Assembly: GCA_977030845.1 (NCBI GenBank)
Contig: OZ365112.1
Location: 24,490,001-24,554,000 of the forward strand
Reading direction: 5' to 3'
DNA from: Fimbriosthenelais zetlandica
Lineage: Eukaryota
Length of the DNA: 64,000 nt
Shown: in pieces, positions 22,501 through 35,000 of the stretch
Layout of the letters: every line of letters begins with the position of its first letter
Numbering within the stretch: the stretch's first letter is position 1
Made by a program: the position numbers and the translations under genes
Notes under the pieces: generated by a model
The model's input: the letters and a program-made list of their open reading frames with translations, nothing else
What the model was told of the DNA's origin: nothing
Databases searched by the model: none

Positions 22501-25500
22501 ATCTCTGAAAGACAGTAAGAGGTATAGATTGTTTTACTTCATTAAGGTCATGAACGACACCCAATTTTGTGGACAAACTCGCCTGGAAGTTTTCCTGTTT
22601 TTTTCTCGTGACTGAGTTCCGATTGCCTTTGTGCATTTAAAACAAAAAAATTTTTGTCAGGCAATTTACGATGAAGCATATAATTTCAATCGGTAAAGAT
22701 TCGGTCATGTGCTTTGGTGCTGGCCTCTGATAACCTCTGGTGATGTAATGTTATCAGATATACTTCGTCAGTATCTGACGTCACGGTTATATGTGTAGCT
22801 TTGACCTGTCAACCAGGACTAGTATTAACTTCTATGGAAAATACAGATAATGAAGTATTAGTGGATAATTAGACTCTTACGAAATGCCTTTAATTACTGT
22901 CGGGTCCACTCACCATAATGGGCGTCTGGCTGAGGCTGTTAATTTACCTCTTACTGCTCATTGTTTTACATTTGGTGGCTTGATGCTAATTCAAAGTTGT
23001 TTCATCTAGAAAAAAAAGCCCAGTTCCAACGAATGCCTCCCTGGCCTGCTTTTTAATGGGTCAGTGATAATGTATTTAGCTCCTTGTAAATCCATGGAGT
23101 CATTGATTTACAAGAAGCTAAATCACCAAGCTATTTGGATCATTTTAGATTTGATTCTGAAAATGCCGGGAAGAAAATTTAATGTGGAGGAAGTCGCTTG
23201 GCGAGAATTATCGCATTTCAGAGGAAATGGAACTTTCCATTGGGGACAATGAATCTAAATGTCAAACACATGAAGTTCTTCAAAATAGCCCTGCAGATTC
23301 CTGCTGTATTTGTCGAGTTCTTGCATTATAATTGCGAGCATTGTTCCTCGGAATTGTAAAGCATTCAATCATTCCTCTCCTTTTTTTCTTACCCCTTGCG
23401 CCCTCCCTCCTCTTGCTGGCTCTTGTCTTCCTACATTCGATGACATCCTCCCTTACTTTGGCAGAGATAAGGCATAATGGATTTGCCTGTGATAATTAGT
23501 CTGTTTTTATCTCTTAAACCAAGGCCTCGTCTGTGAAGCCATCGTTTGGCGAGGTGATATGGCGGCCTGTGATTCGCACTCGGCCCTGTCTGGGTGTCCT
23601 CATGTAGGACACGCAGAAGACGGAGAGGATGCTTCCTTTGCATGTCGACACACATTTAGGACCCCTTCCTCCTGCACACCAGAACACCCCTAGTAATTGT
23701 CCCTTGCCACCTGATCGGCACTGACATCTTTTTATGGAAATATTTATCGCATGGGTCAGCAAGCGAGCGTTGATTATTGGCGCTGTTAAGCCTCCACAGA
23801 CGATCAGGTTGGCAGGTCTGCTGTCAGGTTGTAAGAAGGCAGTAAATCTTGTAGCTTTTTGATGTGGAATGGCCAAGCATTGTTACTTCCAGTCACTGCA
23901 CCAATAGCCACCACATGGGAGGACAGTAAGTGGACTGACTCTGTATGATCAGAGATCATGGAATAACGTCCATACATGCTATCTATATATAGACTAGTCA
24001 TTGCTTCATCTTTATGACAAACAGTAAAAAGAACGCAGAAATCCTCACCTAGGATACATAAGGGGAATGCTTCCCGTATCCTCAGAATCATTTGTCAGGT
24101 TTTTATTCACCTTTTGTCGTTTCACTCTTGTTGCACGTCCTTTGTATAGTCAAGTTATTTTATAGCGTGAAGTGCTTGAGTTAAACGAAACTGACTCGTC
24201 CCGGTCCTCTCCCGGAGCTAGCTCTCTGGCTCAGTAGTTCTACCCTGATGTGAAGCCATATGGAGACCTGCCTGGGAGCCATGGTTAATTGGTAGTTGTC
24301 TTATATGACCTTCGTCCTTTCTCTGTGAGAGCCTGTATTAGGTAGGAGACCCACTCTCCTAGTCCTCCGATAGACCCCTATAGTTTTCTCCGTCCATTAA
24401 GACCAGCATTAGTTTCTCTAACCTACTTTTATCATCCCCCACCTATTTTCCAGTACATTTACGAATAACAGTTATCTAACTGTGCTAACTTAGCTTTAGC
24501 AATAGGCATTGGTTAGTTTTACCAGTGGCCTCTTCTCTATCATCCTCAGCTCTTCCGAAAATGTGTGCCCAGGTGTTATTCTATGGAAAACAAAATTGAT
24601 ACATCCCACCGTATGTAGGTAATATTAAATCTATTGGTCAAGATTATTACATGTCAGGTTTATGAATAGTCAGAGAATGATTATGATGGATCAAAGTTGC
24701 GTTACAATGGTAGAAAACAATGGTTTATACATAATGGCAGGGTGGGCCTAGCTCTAGTTTGATTGTGTCTCATATTCTGCTTGAGGCCAGTATGTGTAAT
24801 GTCCTCTCAATATTGGGATATATCCTGTATTTATATGTACAGTCAAAGCATTGCCTGTGCAAGCCCTCTGGCTTGCTAATATGCCTCCGGACCGGTGCCC
24901 CATTCTCTCGTGCCAAAGCCCCTGTTGGGGCTAAAATTGTTCTGACTTGTTCAATCTGTCCACTGACAAGCAAGTCTTTGTGGCCATACCAACCTCCCGG
25001 TCGCTTCATTTTCCGCTTGTTGTCAAGTTGTCAGTAGCACAATAGGCCACCGTCGATGGACCATGTTGTGTGGCGGGCGCGCAATGCATGTGTCCAAGGC
25101 TTGGGTGCAAATGGGATGAACAGAGGGCCCCTCCTGTTGCACTCTGAGGGCAATGAGTGTTCATTCTCCGTGAGCTACTCCTATAACATACTCTCTACCA
25201 TGTGCTTTCCCCCTCTTTCTAACTGCGGTGAACCTGTTAGGTCCTTATGTCATTCGAGACTGATATATTATTATTGCAACGTAGGCTTCCCTGCTGGAAT
25301 CCGTTTTAGTGTATAATTATGAGGAAAACAGGAATATAGAGGTAGGAATTTAGAGGATAGGGTGTCTGCATATGTTTTTAAGGTGGAAAAATCACATGCA
25401 CCGAAGTCAACTGTAATGTGAAACACCGATGAGCCAACAAACAAGTTGAATCCACTTTATTTGGCTAAAGATGATAGCTATTATAATATAGAATCAGCTG

Positions 25501-26315
25501 GCTTTCGCATGACCTTTCATTCTGACAAAATATGATCTGAAACACAGCTGACTTTTAAAGTCGAACACATTTGCCTTGAGTAAAATAACTTGTTACCACA
25601 TTGAGCAGTAAAAGGAGAGGGAATCCAAGGGGAGTGAGGAAAGGGAAAAAAGGAGAAAAGAAAAGAGTGCAGGAAATCCAGGTAAAAGGGCAAAGCGATG
25701 TAGGTGAGGTTGGTGGCTGTTTAAAGGTCAGCATTGCAGCCGTTGATCTCTCAGACCTCCTACCCCCGCCCCCTACCCTTCCCCCCTCCAACAGCCGCAG
25801 CCAAGGAGTGCGTGGTGCAGCGAGGGGAGGGAAGCCTAACGGACCTTTAGATATCCGGATCAAGGAAGACTGTCTGATGCCTACTGGCTGTCCATCAAGT
25901 ACTCGTGATAAAGGCTATAGAGGCCCGATAACTCCACCTCACCCTACATAAACAGACAGAAAGCAGAAAGTTTGTCTTAGATCAGAAATAGGTCCTTCTG
26001 AAGTTCCTTGACATGTGCACAGCATGTGGTCGATAGCTTAAAAAGGATTCTCATAGAGATTTCTTTAGGATCGTACAAAAGCTGAAAACCTCTTGCAAGT
26101 TGCCGTTTGATTTGGGAATTGGAAAATGTGTGTTGGCAAGTTGAATGGCCCCAAACTGAGTTCTGTCTTTTTCTTCCGGCTCCACCTAAATGGCTCCTTC
26201 AATATAGTTGGAATTGTCCTGCATGTCAATGCAGTTGTTGAAGTAGTATAGGGAAATGTTCTTTCAATGCAGTTCTCTAGGTAGTATATGGAAATGTTCC
26301 TTCAGTTCAGTTACA

Positions 26316-26335
26316 ATATATATATATATATATAT
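26316..26335. repeat. (AT)10 microsatellite
   Basis: Direct reading of the sequence. Confidence 0.85.
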
Positions 26336-26590
26336 CTGGAAATTTTGCCATCTTCTGGTATATTCCAAGTAGCATTGCTTCTCTAAATGAATGGCAACTA
26401 TACCGGATCTAAGAATTACTCAGTGTAATGAATAGTGTAACAGCACATTTGTATTTTTAACTCAGCCTTTGGTATACATTTATATGGTGAGGATCCATTG
26501 ATGTCTTACTGTAGGCGAGGCTAATCACACACCTTAATACTCTCACCCTGACTCACGCGGCTAACCTTTTCACGGCCAGTCTTCAAGCAG

Positions 26591-26614
26591 CCTCCTCATC
26601 TCCGACAGGTGAGT
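26591..26614 (+). other. Candidate recursive splice site, or donor of a 94-nt cryptic exon
   Basis: CCTCCTCATCTCCGACAG|GTGAGT. Confidence 0.35.
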
Positions 26615-29010
26615 GGAAATGAAGCCATCACATGATCAAACCCCTTTTATCCACCAAACTCTGCTCGCCCTCCAGGCTACTAGTGTCAAATGATCAAAGA
26701 GGTGAACTAAAAACAAAACAAGGTAAACAAAACAAGCTAAACACACTGTCTGGATGCAGGCATCTGACTTTAGCCACTGAACGTGATACTGCATGCTGCA
26801 AGTGATGTAGTAAGGAGAGGTCCAATCACAAGTTCAAATGATGACAGATAGTCACCTATAAAAATGACACTGCCCTACAAGCCTTGTAAACGTGTTTGCT
26901 TCATAAATAGATTTTCAAAGAAAGACTTAATTGACAGGCTACTTGAAAATGGAGACACTGTCCACACTCCCACACTCTGACAGTAGGATAAGATGTTTGA
27001 GAAGATCTGAAACTGACAAGATCACAAAGTCCTACCTGTCTCATCTTGCCGGCCTGCCTGCTGGAATAGTATCATCAAGTATCGCACAGGATGTTTGTGC
27101 TCGCTGGAATGAAACGTGGAGATGATTTTCATTCTTGTAATCATATCGCTAGTGATGATGTGTCCTACATCAACTCACTACATCCCAGCTCTCTTTGATA
27201 TTCACAGCAAACAACTAAGTCAGTATTTTGTCAAATACTTGCAAAAGTTAGTATGGCGCTGACTTCGTAAACAACAAGTATGAGTTTGTACCATGTATTA
27301 TATATAGCGCAATATAAATTCAGCATACTAAAACAGTAATGTGATTGGGAAATACATAGATTGACTGCTTGCTTATGGTAAAAATCTAATGGGCTTAAAG
27401 TGAATTTCCTTAGGCATAAGTTTGAATTTCAATTAGTCAAATCCTGCCATAATCTTGAATCTCTTAACCTCGTTTATTGAGGGCTCTGAGGACAGAGCAA
27501 AAACTTCCTCGGTGTTATGAATTAAGGTGTATTCTGGCACAAAGTGGTCCATAGTGCAAGCATCACAGTACCTTTGTACATATATGATCATAGGCTGGTC
27601 AATTTCCTAAAATAATGAGCTCTAATCTTGAAGTTGGGGTCTTGGATGTTGGAAGCTTTTTATGCAGTGATCACTGAGTGTACTTGGCACATATACCCTA
27701 TTACAGGCACAACATTGTAATGAACTCTAATGAGTAGAAAGCTTCGTTAAGCAGTAGAGCAGTGGCATACCCAAGGGGACACCCTTGTTCATTCTCTAAT
27801 GTTAATTACATCCTTCCCCAGTAATAGCCTTGCAAGGCTATCCCAAGCCCTTTCCCACCTCTCGAGGAGTCTATAAACCCTCAAAAAGATAATGAATCCT
27901 AATGGAGGAAATGTGGGAGGAGTTTAAGACAGCAAGCAGCTTTCATGGCCAATATTGGAAGGGCACTTATAGGCAGTGCGCTATATTTATGCCCGTAAGC
28001 ATGGTGGTGGTCCATAAATACTAGGTAACAGGTATGAAGACTGTCAAAGGCTTAGTTTGTCATATGGTTTTGTGAACAAAGACGTCCATGATGAAAAGTT
28101 GCTGTTACAAGCAGCTATATTGATGACTGTCATCCTTGTAGTTGATACCCAACTCTCACTAAAATATTTCTTTCTGAAGACGAAATTTATCTTGGCCTAA
28201 TGTAGCCATAGAAGTAGTAGCAAGCATGGCGGCTGACGGACGCTGATGCCAGTTCCCCTGTTTTCTCTATACTTGTAACCAATTTCCCGTCAGGGGTGTA
28301 AGGTAGAGGATATGAACCATCCCTCAGTGGTGGGAGTGTCTTTGTGTAAAAGCTGCCCCTGGCATTTGATCAGGGTCATTTATATGACATGTAACTAAGC
28401 ATAGAAAGGAGCTGGGATGAGTGATGAACCCTGTGGCACACCGCTGCAGCCACTTGATCCAGGTTTTTTTTGCCCTAACTTGGTGAGTGATTGATTTGGT
28501 TAGTTTTGTGCTGTGATGCCCCATGTTGGCTGTCGTAGCGGGTGAAGTAATGGAGATGGAGAAGCAGGTAGCGTTTAGATACGTGGGTGGATGGCCGGGT
28601 ACATGTGGTCAGGCTCCTCGTGTACAATCATACCTTATTTTTTACCTTACAAAATCCCATCTGCAAATTGACAGGAAAAATGATCCATCGCCCTTATGTC
28701 TATTTAATATTGAGGATCACTTTTCTGATGTGGATAGAGCGCGGTTATTTCTATCTTAAAATCCAATGTAAGTTGGACAGGTAGTCACATGGGAAGTTTT
28801 ACCTGAATGTTAATTAAACTTCAAGTGCTTGCTGGTGATGAGTTTAATGCTATGTCGCGGTTCACATATTGGGACCTTATATACGCTGCATCAGGTGCTC
28901 CTCGTATTCCCATGCATCAGTAATGACATCCACTCCAGGATCTGGCCTGCCGCTTTCTGTGTTGAAGGGGGTTGAAAAACATGTGAGGTACCTTGATGAC
29001 GCGTGTCTGA

Positions 29011-29050
29011 CAGTGAACAAATAGTGAACAAACAGTGAACATACAGTGAG
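29011..29050. repeat. 11-bp tandem repeat, about 3.6 copies
   Basis: CAGTGAACAAA TAGTGAACAAA CAGTGAACATA CAGTGAG. Confidence 0.8.
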
Positions 29051-32000
29051 GTATGTACCGTGTGCTGATCACCCGCCACATACCTGTCACTCATACATGT
29101 GGACGCGCGGAGTCGAGATGTTGACCGTATGATCTTTACATACGAAAACCAAAGAAAAACAGGAGATATCTATGTGAATTCATTGTCCCAAGCTGCAATT
29201 GAACCAATGCACTGATGCTGGATCCGCTGGTGACTTGTGATTGAAATAGGTGAAGAATTCTACTCACCGCCCCCACCCATCTACATGATCATCTATCTAT
29301 CTTCTATTGTAGTCTCATTATACCTCATGAACATTTCTTTGAAGATTATTGAGATTAATTGTGATCCTGCCACTCACTGTATATAAAGACCTTCCTGCCA
29401 AGCATTTACGTGTGATTACTCCCTCAGTAATTACCCATTGTAAAAAGGATACCTGAGCGTCATGGTACCTGAAAGGTGTGATCACTGGGTCTAATTATAA
29501 TCCATCTCTATCTAACGCCGGCAAAAGTCATTTCATCCTGCGCCTTCAAGGCCTCAGATGTACCCTGCAGGTGCATGTTATTTTCACTAATGAATATAAT
29601 TCTTGTAATTGTTTGCGGGAAGTGGCGCTTGTTACACAGCGCTGATTAAGAGTGATGCCCCCGGGGGGGCTGCCGTTCAACTGTGAACTTTGAGGCGATA
29701 ATTAGGGTTTCGCTCAAGGTAACTCCGCCTCTGGTAATCTATTGAGTTACAATTAAAAGCTTTTCTCTCGCGCTTGCCCATGTGTGTGGGGAGATAATGA
29801 GACGTGATTTAAACAAGAGGAGGAAAGAGGGGGGAGGGGAGGACCTGACCTCCCCACCCCCCCCGGGGTATGGAGACTATAAGGTATAAAGCTGTAGCTG
29901 TAAGACAATGGTATAAACCTCAAGTGATCCCTCCACCACTGAATCAACATACCGCACACTCCGCTCCTCCCAGATTCCACATGCTCCTCCGGGCTAATAA
30001 AGCAGTTTCTCCTGCACCTGTCAGACCAGAACAGAGTTACCTGTGTCCTGTTTGGTCTCAGATACAGTCTCCCTCAAGGCCATGTCTCCCTCTGTCCTGG
30101 CAGAGATATATATTTCTTTGTCCCGAAGGGAAAAAAGGAAGAAAACCGTGAATAAGAAAAGAAGGTGTAAGCTCACTTTAGTGTTTGGCTGCCCCTTAGA
30201 AGATGGCAATCGTGTCATTATTCCACGTTTGCTCTAAATAGTTTGGAAATTTCTAAAGAAAATTGCTACATATTCTAAATATTAAGGAAATATCGGGAAA
30301 CCGTGAAACTAATGTCCACTTTTGTTGACAAAGAACTGTTTGAATGTATATGGTGTACCTGGATATTTCCATAGCACCGGGGCATGCAGGAACAATATTT
30401 TTTTTATTAGGCAAGAGAGTTCCTGGACAGAGTGGGACTGCATGGCATCCTCTCTTACTAATCTGTCTCCCCAACGGAAATTAAGTATGTGGCATTTTCA
30501 TGCATGGTGGGGATTTCTCCCCAACTTTGGCATTGTTTAGCTCTTCCGGCTCCGTCTAAAAATGGCCAAATGATGAATGACAAGGTGATTCCTCACAGGA
30601 AAAACCGGACTGAACCAGCATCCTATGTAGCGGATAGGCTTCTATCATGACGGCCATCATTATTGCCTGCTGCACGGTGCTAAACCTTTACCCCTCACTG
30701 TGGGCACCCACCCCGCCCACTCTCACCAAAGACACTCCTCCCCCAACACCTCCCCCACCCCAATCCCAAGCACCAACTTGATGAGTTCTCCCCAAACAAC
30801 CACTGGGGGCTGATTCATAAGAAAATATATGAAAAATTAGTACACGAGTTAACCATGCCTTTGGGACATAAAAGATTGATAAGGCATTTGGAATGGGACA
30901 TGATAAGAGAATTTGTGAAATATTCTGAGAAAAATGATATCTTATCGGACAGTGTAAGTGTCGTTGTTAGTTGCTGGTAGTTTTTAAACCCAGATAATCA
31001 ACAGTTCTTACAGTGACCTTTGTTTGGGCGTGTAACAATAAAACCTGTGAGAGAAACAACTGTGAGCTATAGTGCTGTGATTGTACACGCTCTGATGTAG
31101 CGCTTTATATACTCACCTTAGGTCTGCCCCTCATCCATTCCCTCGTCTGAATCCCCCACTGTCCCGTCGCCTCAGTTTCTCCTCTCTTCCCCTCTGCTCC
31201 CCTCGCCACCAGCTATAGGCCTATACCTCAGGGGGGTGCACTGAAAAAATATACTTCACATGTGTTCAGAGGTTGGCCATTGATTTGTGGTAGACCTCGT
31301 CTGTTGTGATAAAGCCCCCTGATTTCACAATGACGTATGATAGGCCGTCATCCATCAAGACCTCTCCGGGGGCTAAATGAAGAACAATTAAAAACAATGA
31401 TTCCTCTTTTCCCATCAGCTCTCCTCTGGCAATTGTCTCTCTCTGCCTGCCGCCATCAGGGGTCGCTGCGGCGCCACAATGAGAGAAAATCTCATGCTCC
31501 AAATATCGCCCGTCATTAATCTTAGATCATGCTGCCTTCAATGACAACAGATAAGGACGCGCAACTTGTTGAGAAAAAATAACCTTGGGACAGAAGGGAA
31601 TCATTAACAAATTCAAGGTCAAGGTCAGAGTGAGGTGCTCGTCCATCACGTGACCTTGGTCCGGTGGTTGTGGGGGGGGGGGGGGGCTTCTGTAATCAAT
31701 GGTGACATATATAGATCACTGCTATATGAATGACATATTGTTTTAGGAAATGGCACTGTGCTTTAAAAATTACGCTTGAGCTTATCAGCTTAAAATGGAC
31801 TCGCAAGGGATTCTTATAATGAAACTTTCGATGCAATAGGTCCGCTCAGCATTCTTCTGATCCGGTAATATAAGCTTTTGTGGCTTGTTTTAATGATGGC
31901 ATCAAAGGCAATAAGATGACGTTGGTAATTTTATATAAAGAAGCATTTTTATCTTGTTTTATTTTTTATCTTGGCTGACTGAAGATTGGATGGGAGGGCA

Positions 32001-35000
32001 GGAATATACGCCGGATTACGTTATGAGACTGCCATGGAATAATTGTGGTTCGCCAACTCTCTATTTCATGCTTGGCCAAAAGTTCATCTCTAAATTCATA
32101 CTAAGTCCTCCACGATACTAATATTGCGGTATGGGAATTAATATGGCGGTTCGCTTTTCATTTCCTGCTGCACCCGCCTGCCCATCTGAGCGTTTTGCGG
32201 TGGAACCGGTGGCTCGTGATTCCATTTCCACACTGATGCAGTGATGCCTTTTTGGCAGCATCAATGACGTCACAAATTATGTGGATGTGGGCGGTGGGTG
32301 GATATGTGTGTGTGTGGGGGTGAATGAATGGATTAATGTGATGACGACATGAGGACAATGTGCGTCTACATAAGAGTTCTCATTAGTGAACCTTGTCAGG
32401 TGGGATGTTGCCTTTTGTAGGGTGTATGGGGGCTGATGTTCAGGAGGCAATTTTTGAGAAGGGTGTTTCGGGGGTCTGCCCACTCACCGCAAGTGCTGCT
32501 CTTGTACTTTTTACTTTTTTCTTTGCGATGTTGAGGGATATATATTTTATTTTATACCACTATGAGTCCATTTATATAGTGAACTTCTACCGTGCATTTG
32601 TAACTCCATATCTTTTAATACTCGTGCCTAACTATGTATACGCACTAGTGCATTATTACTCCATATTACATCGGCTATTGAATTATCTCCGCTCTAATGT
32701 ATCAGATTGAAATTGAAATCAGTAAAGTCATGAACAATCTCATTCATTTGGATTGGGTTTCCTTTCCTTAACATAGTTTTTCCCTCAGTCCAGTTCCTCC
32801 TTCTAATTTTACTTTTTTGTTATGGAGGAAAAATTGAAATACTCTTCCGTGTCATAGGATATTAATACCTAATATGTGACATGCTCCAATGCAATTACAA
32901 GTCTGATTCTTGGGATAGAATTCTCAACTACTGAAGAGCTCTCTTGGAGGGGAAGACAGACGTGATAATTGGTTCATGAATATTTCCACTCGTCTGTAAT
33001 CGCGGTAAGATATTACGGAATTTCTCCCCCACAGACAGCTAACAATGGAATTTAATCATTTAAATTCCTTTGCAGCCATTTCAGATATAGTTCAATGTCC
33101 TTGTAACATTTCCTCCTGACTGGTGCATGAAGTATCAGCTCTGATTGCTCTTCTAGCTTCCATGCTGTCATTGCATGAGGGATGCACTTATGAAATAGCG
33201 TACTGACTATTTTGACAGTTCGTTATGGGGTATAAGGTGTGGTAATCCGTGATGTAGACATCTCAGGGTTGTTTCATGCCCAGGCCTTTTGCCCGTGCAT
33301 ACCATCCATTGACAGGTTTCCAAAGACCTCCTGGTGATTTGGCGGGCTTCTTTGACCTTAAGAACCCAGGATGTGTATACCCTCAGCACGGTGTGTAAAA
33401 ACGCCGAGAACAAGATTCAGCAGATTTGCTTCTGGGTAGTGAAATTAAGGGGCTGACACTTGGAATTAGCCAGGGAAATTGAAAACTCTGAGAAATGTAT
33501 TTTGGAATTCTCTTGTTATCATTTCACAACGTTAATGGCTACTTTTGGGTACTACATCTTTTGGGAATTGCCTAATTGTGAAGGTACCCATAATGATGAG
33601 ATATACCTTTGTACTGGATTGGATACCCAGTAGAGGCAGAGAAGGGGTTACACGTATGAACATTGGTAGAACACCATTTTGTGACCATGGTGAGAATTGT
33701 ACATGATTGATTGGCCGTGTTTTCATTCAAACTCCTCTCCTCCACCCTTGCCAGCCTCGTGTTTTGATCACAAAGGAACAGGGCTTTCCATTGTTTTAGG
33801 TACATGATAAAATTCATGAGTGAAAGCTGGTGTTGGGAATGGAGGTGCTTAAAAGTCTTCTTGAGGAAATTATCAGGAGAAAAAGACAGGCGCCTAATGG
33901 GAATATTTTATTTCATTGTTTCCTTCTTTATTTTTGAGGCTAATATTTGATGGTTTTCTTTATGTGCCCCTCTTGTAATCATGGTGCTCTAGAAAGTGAT
34001 TAAATGGAGATATTCTTTTGCTGTAAAAAGCTCAATGGAAATGAAACTTGATTACAGTTTAAGAATTGAATAAAGTGCATTTCAATTTATGCGATTTTAT
34101 TTTAATGGTAAACGATTAATCTCTGTTTACATTGACCTAGTGGATGAGGATTTCCATAAAGGACATGGATTTAATACTTAATTCTATCGTTTATTCTATA
34201 TCAGAATGATTTATTTCCTAAAATCATCAAAATACAAAACTGTGGGTGTATGGTCCTATGGGTATTTTACATATTTCAATTGGCTCTCCTTATCTGAGAG
34301 ACTGCATAAGCGGGCTGCACTTCAATAGCCTTTTGATAGGAAAATCATTCTAAATATTCTTAACAATAATTTCTAGTAGATCTCCATTCATACAACATGC
34401 GTGCTCATGTATCCCTACTATTAATTCTGAGAATGTCAATAATAATTTATAGATATATTACGAGCCATAGGAGCAGAATGCTCAATGGGAAAACTGGTAA
34501 TCTCTGGATGCTTCATAAGTCATTCTCTCTGCCATAAATAAAGAAGGCGTTCACCCACAGCAAAGCTGCTGCATGAATAGTCGACATATTAACCATGATC
34601 ACTCCGCCTACACTCTAAATCCTGTTACTCACTCCGCACCTACATCTTACCCTCCATTTCCACTGCTCTAACCAACTATTTTTGTTGATAAACTGTTGCC
34701 CAGATTGTCCCATATTTCAAGATGAATCTCAGTTGTACAGGGCTATCTCTGACCAACATATCCATGGTCTTGGAGTGTACTCATCACATGAGTTCCCATC
34801 GGATGGGGAGGTCGGTTGTTGGAGTGTCCCTCTCTACCCCCCCCCCCCCAGCCCCCACCCCATCATCCTCCCCTCTTGTTAATGACATGTAGCACCGGCT
34901 GTTACTTGTCGGAGATAATTACCGTTAATCCCGATTTAAGTGAATGTGTGATTGCCATAATTAATCATGTTTTTCACTCCGATATGAAGAAAGGGTCGAT

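Noticed and set aside
27433-27606. Minus-strand exon-like frame after TTATTTTAG (EIDQPMIIYVQRYCDACTMDHFVPEY..., 57 aa)
   Set aside because: No recognisable homology or partner exons, and open frames of this length are common by chance here. tBLASTn would settle it.
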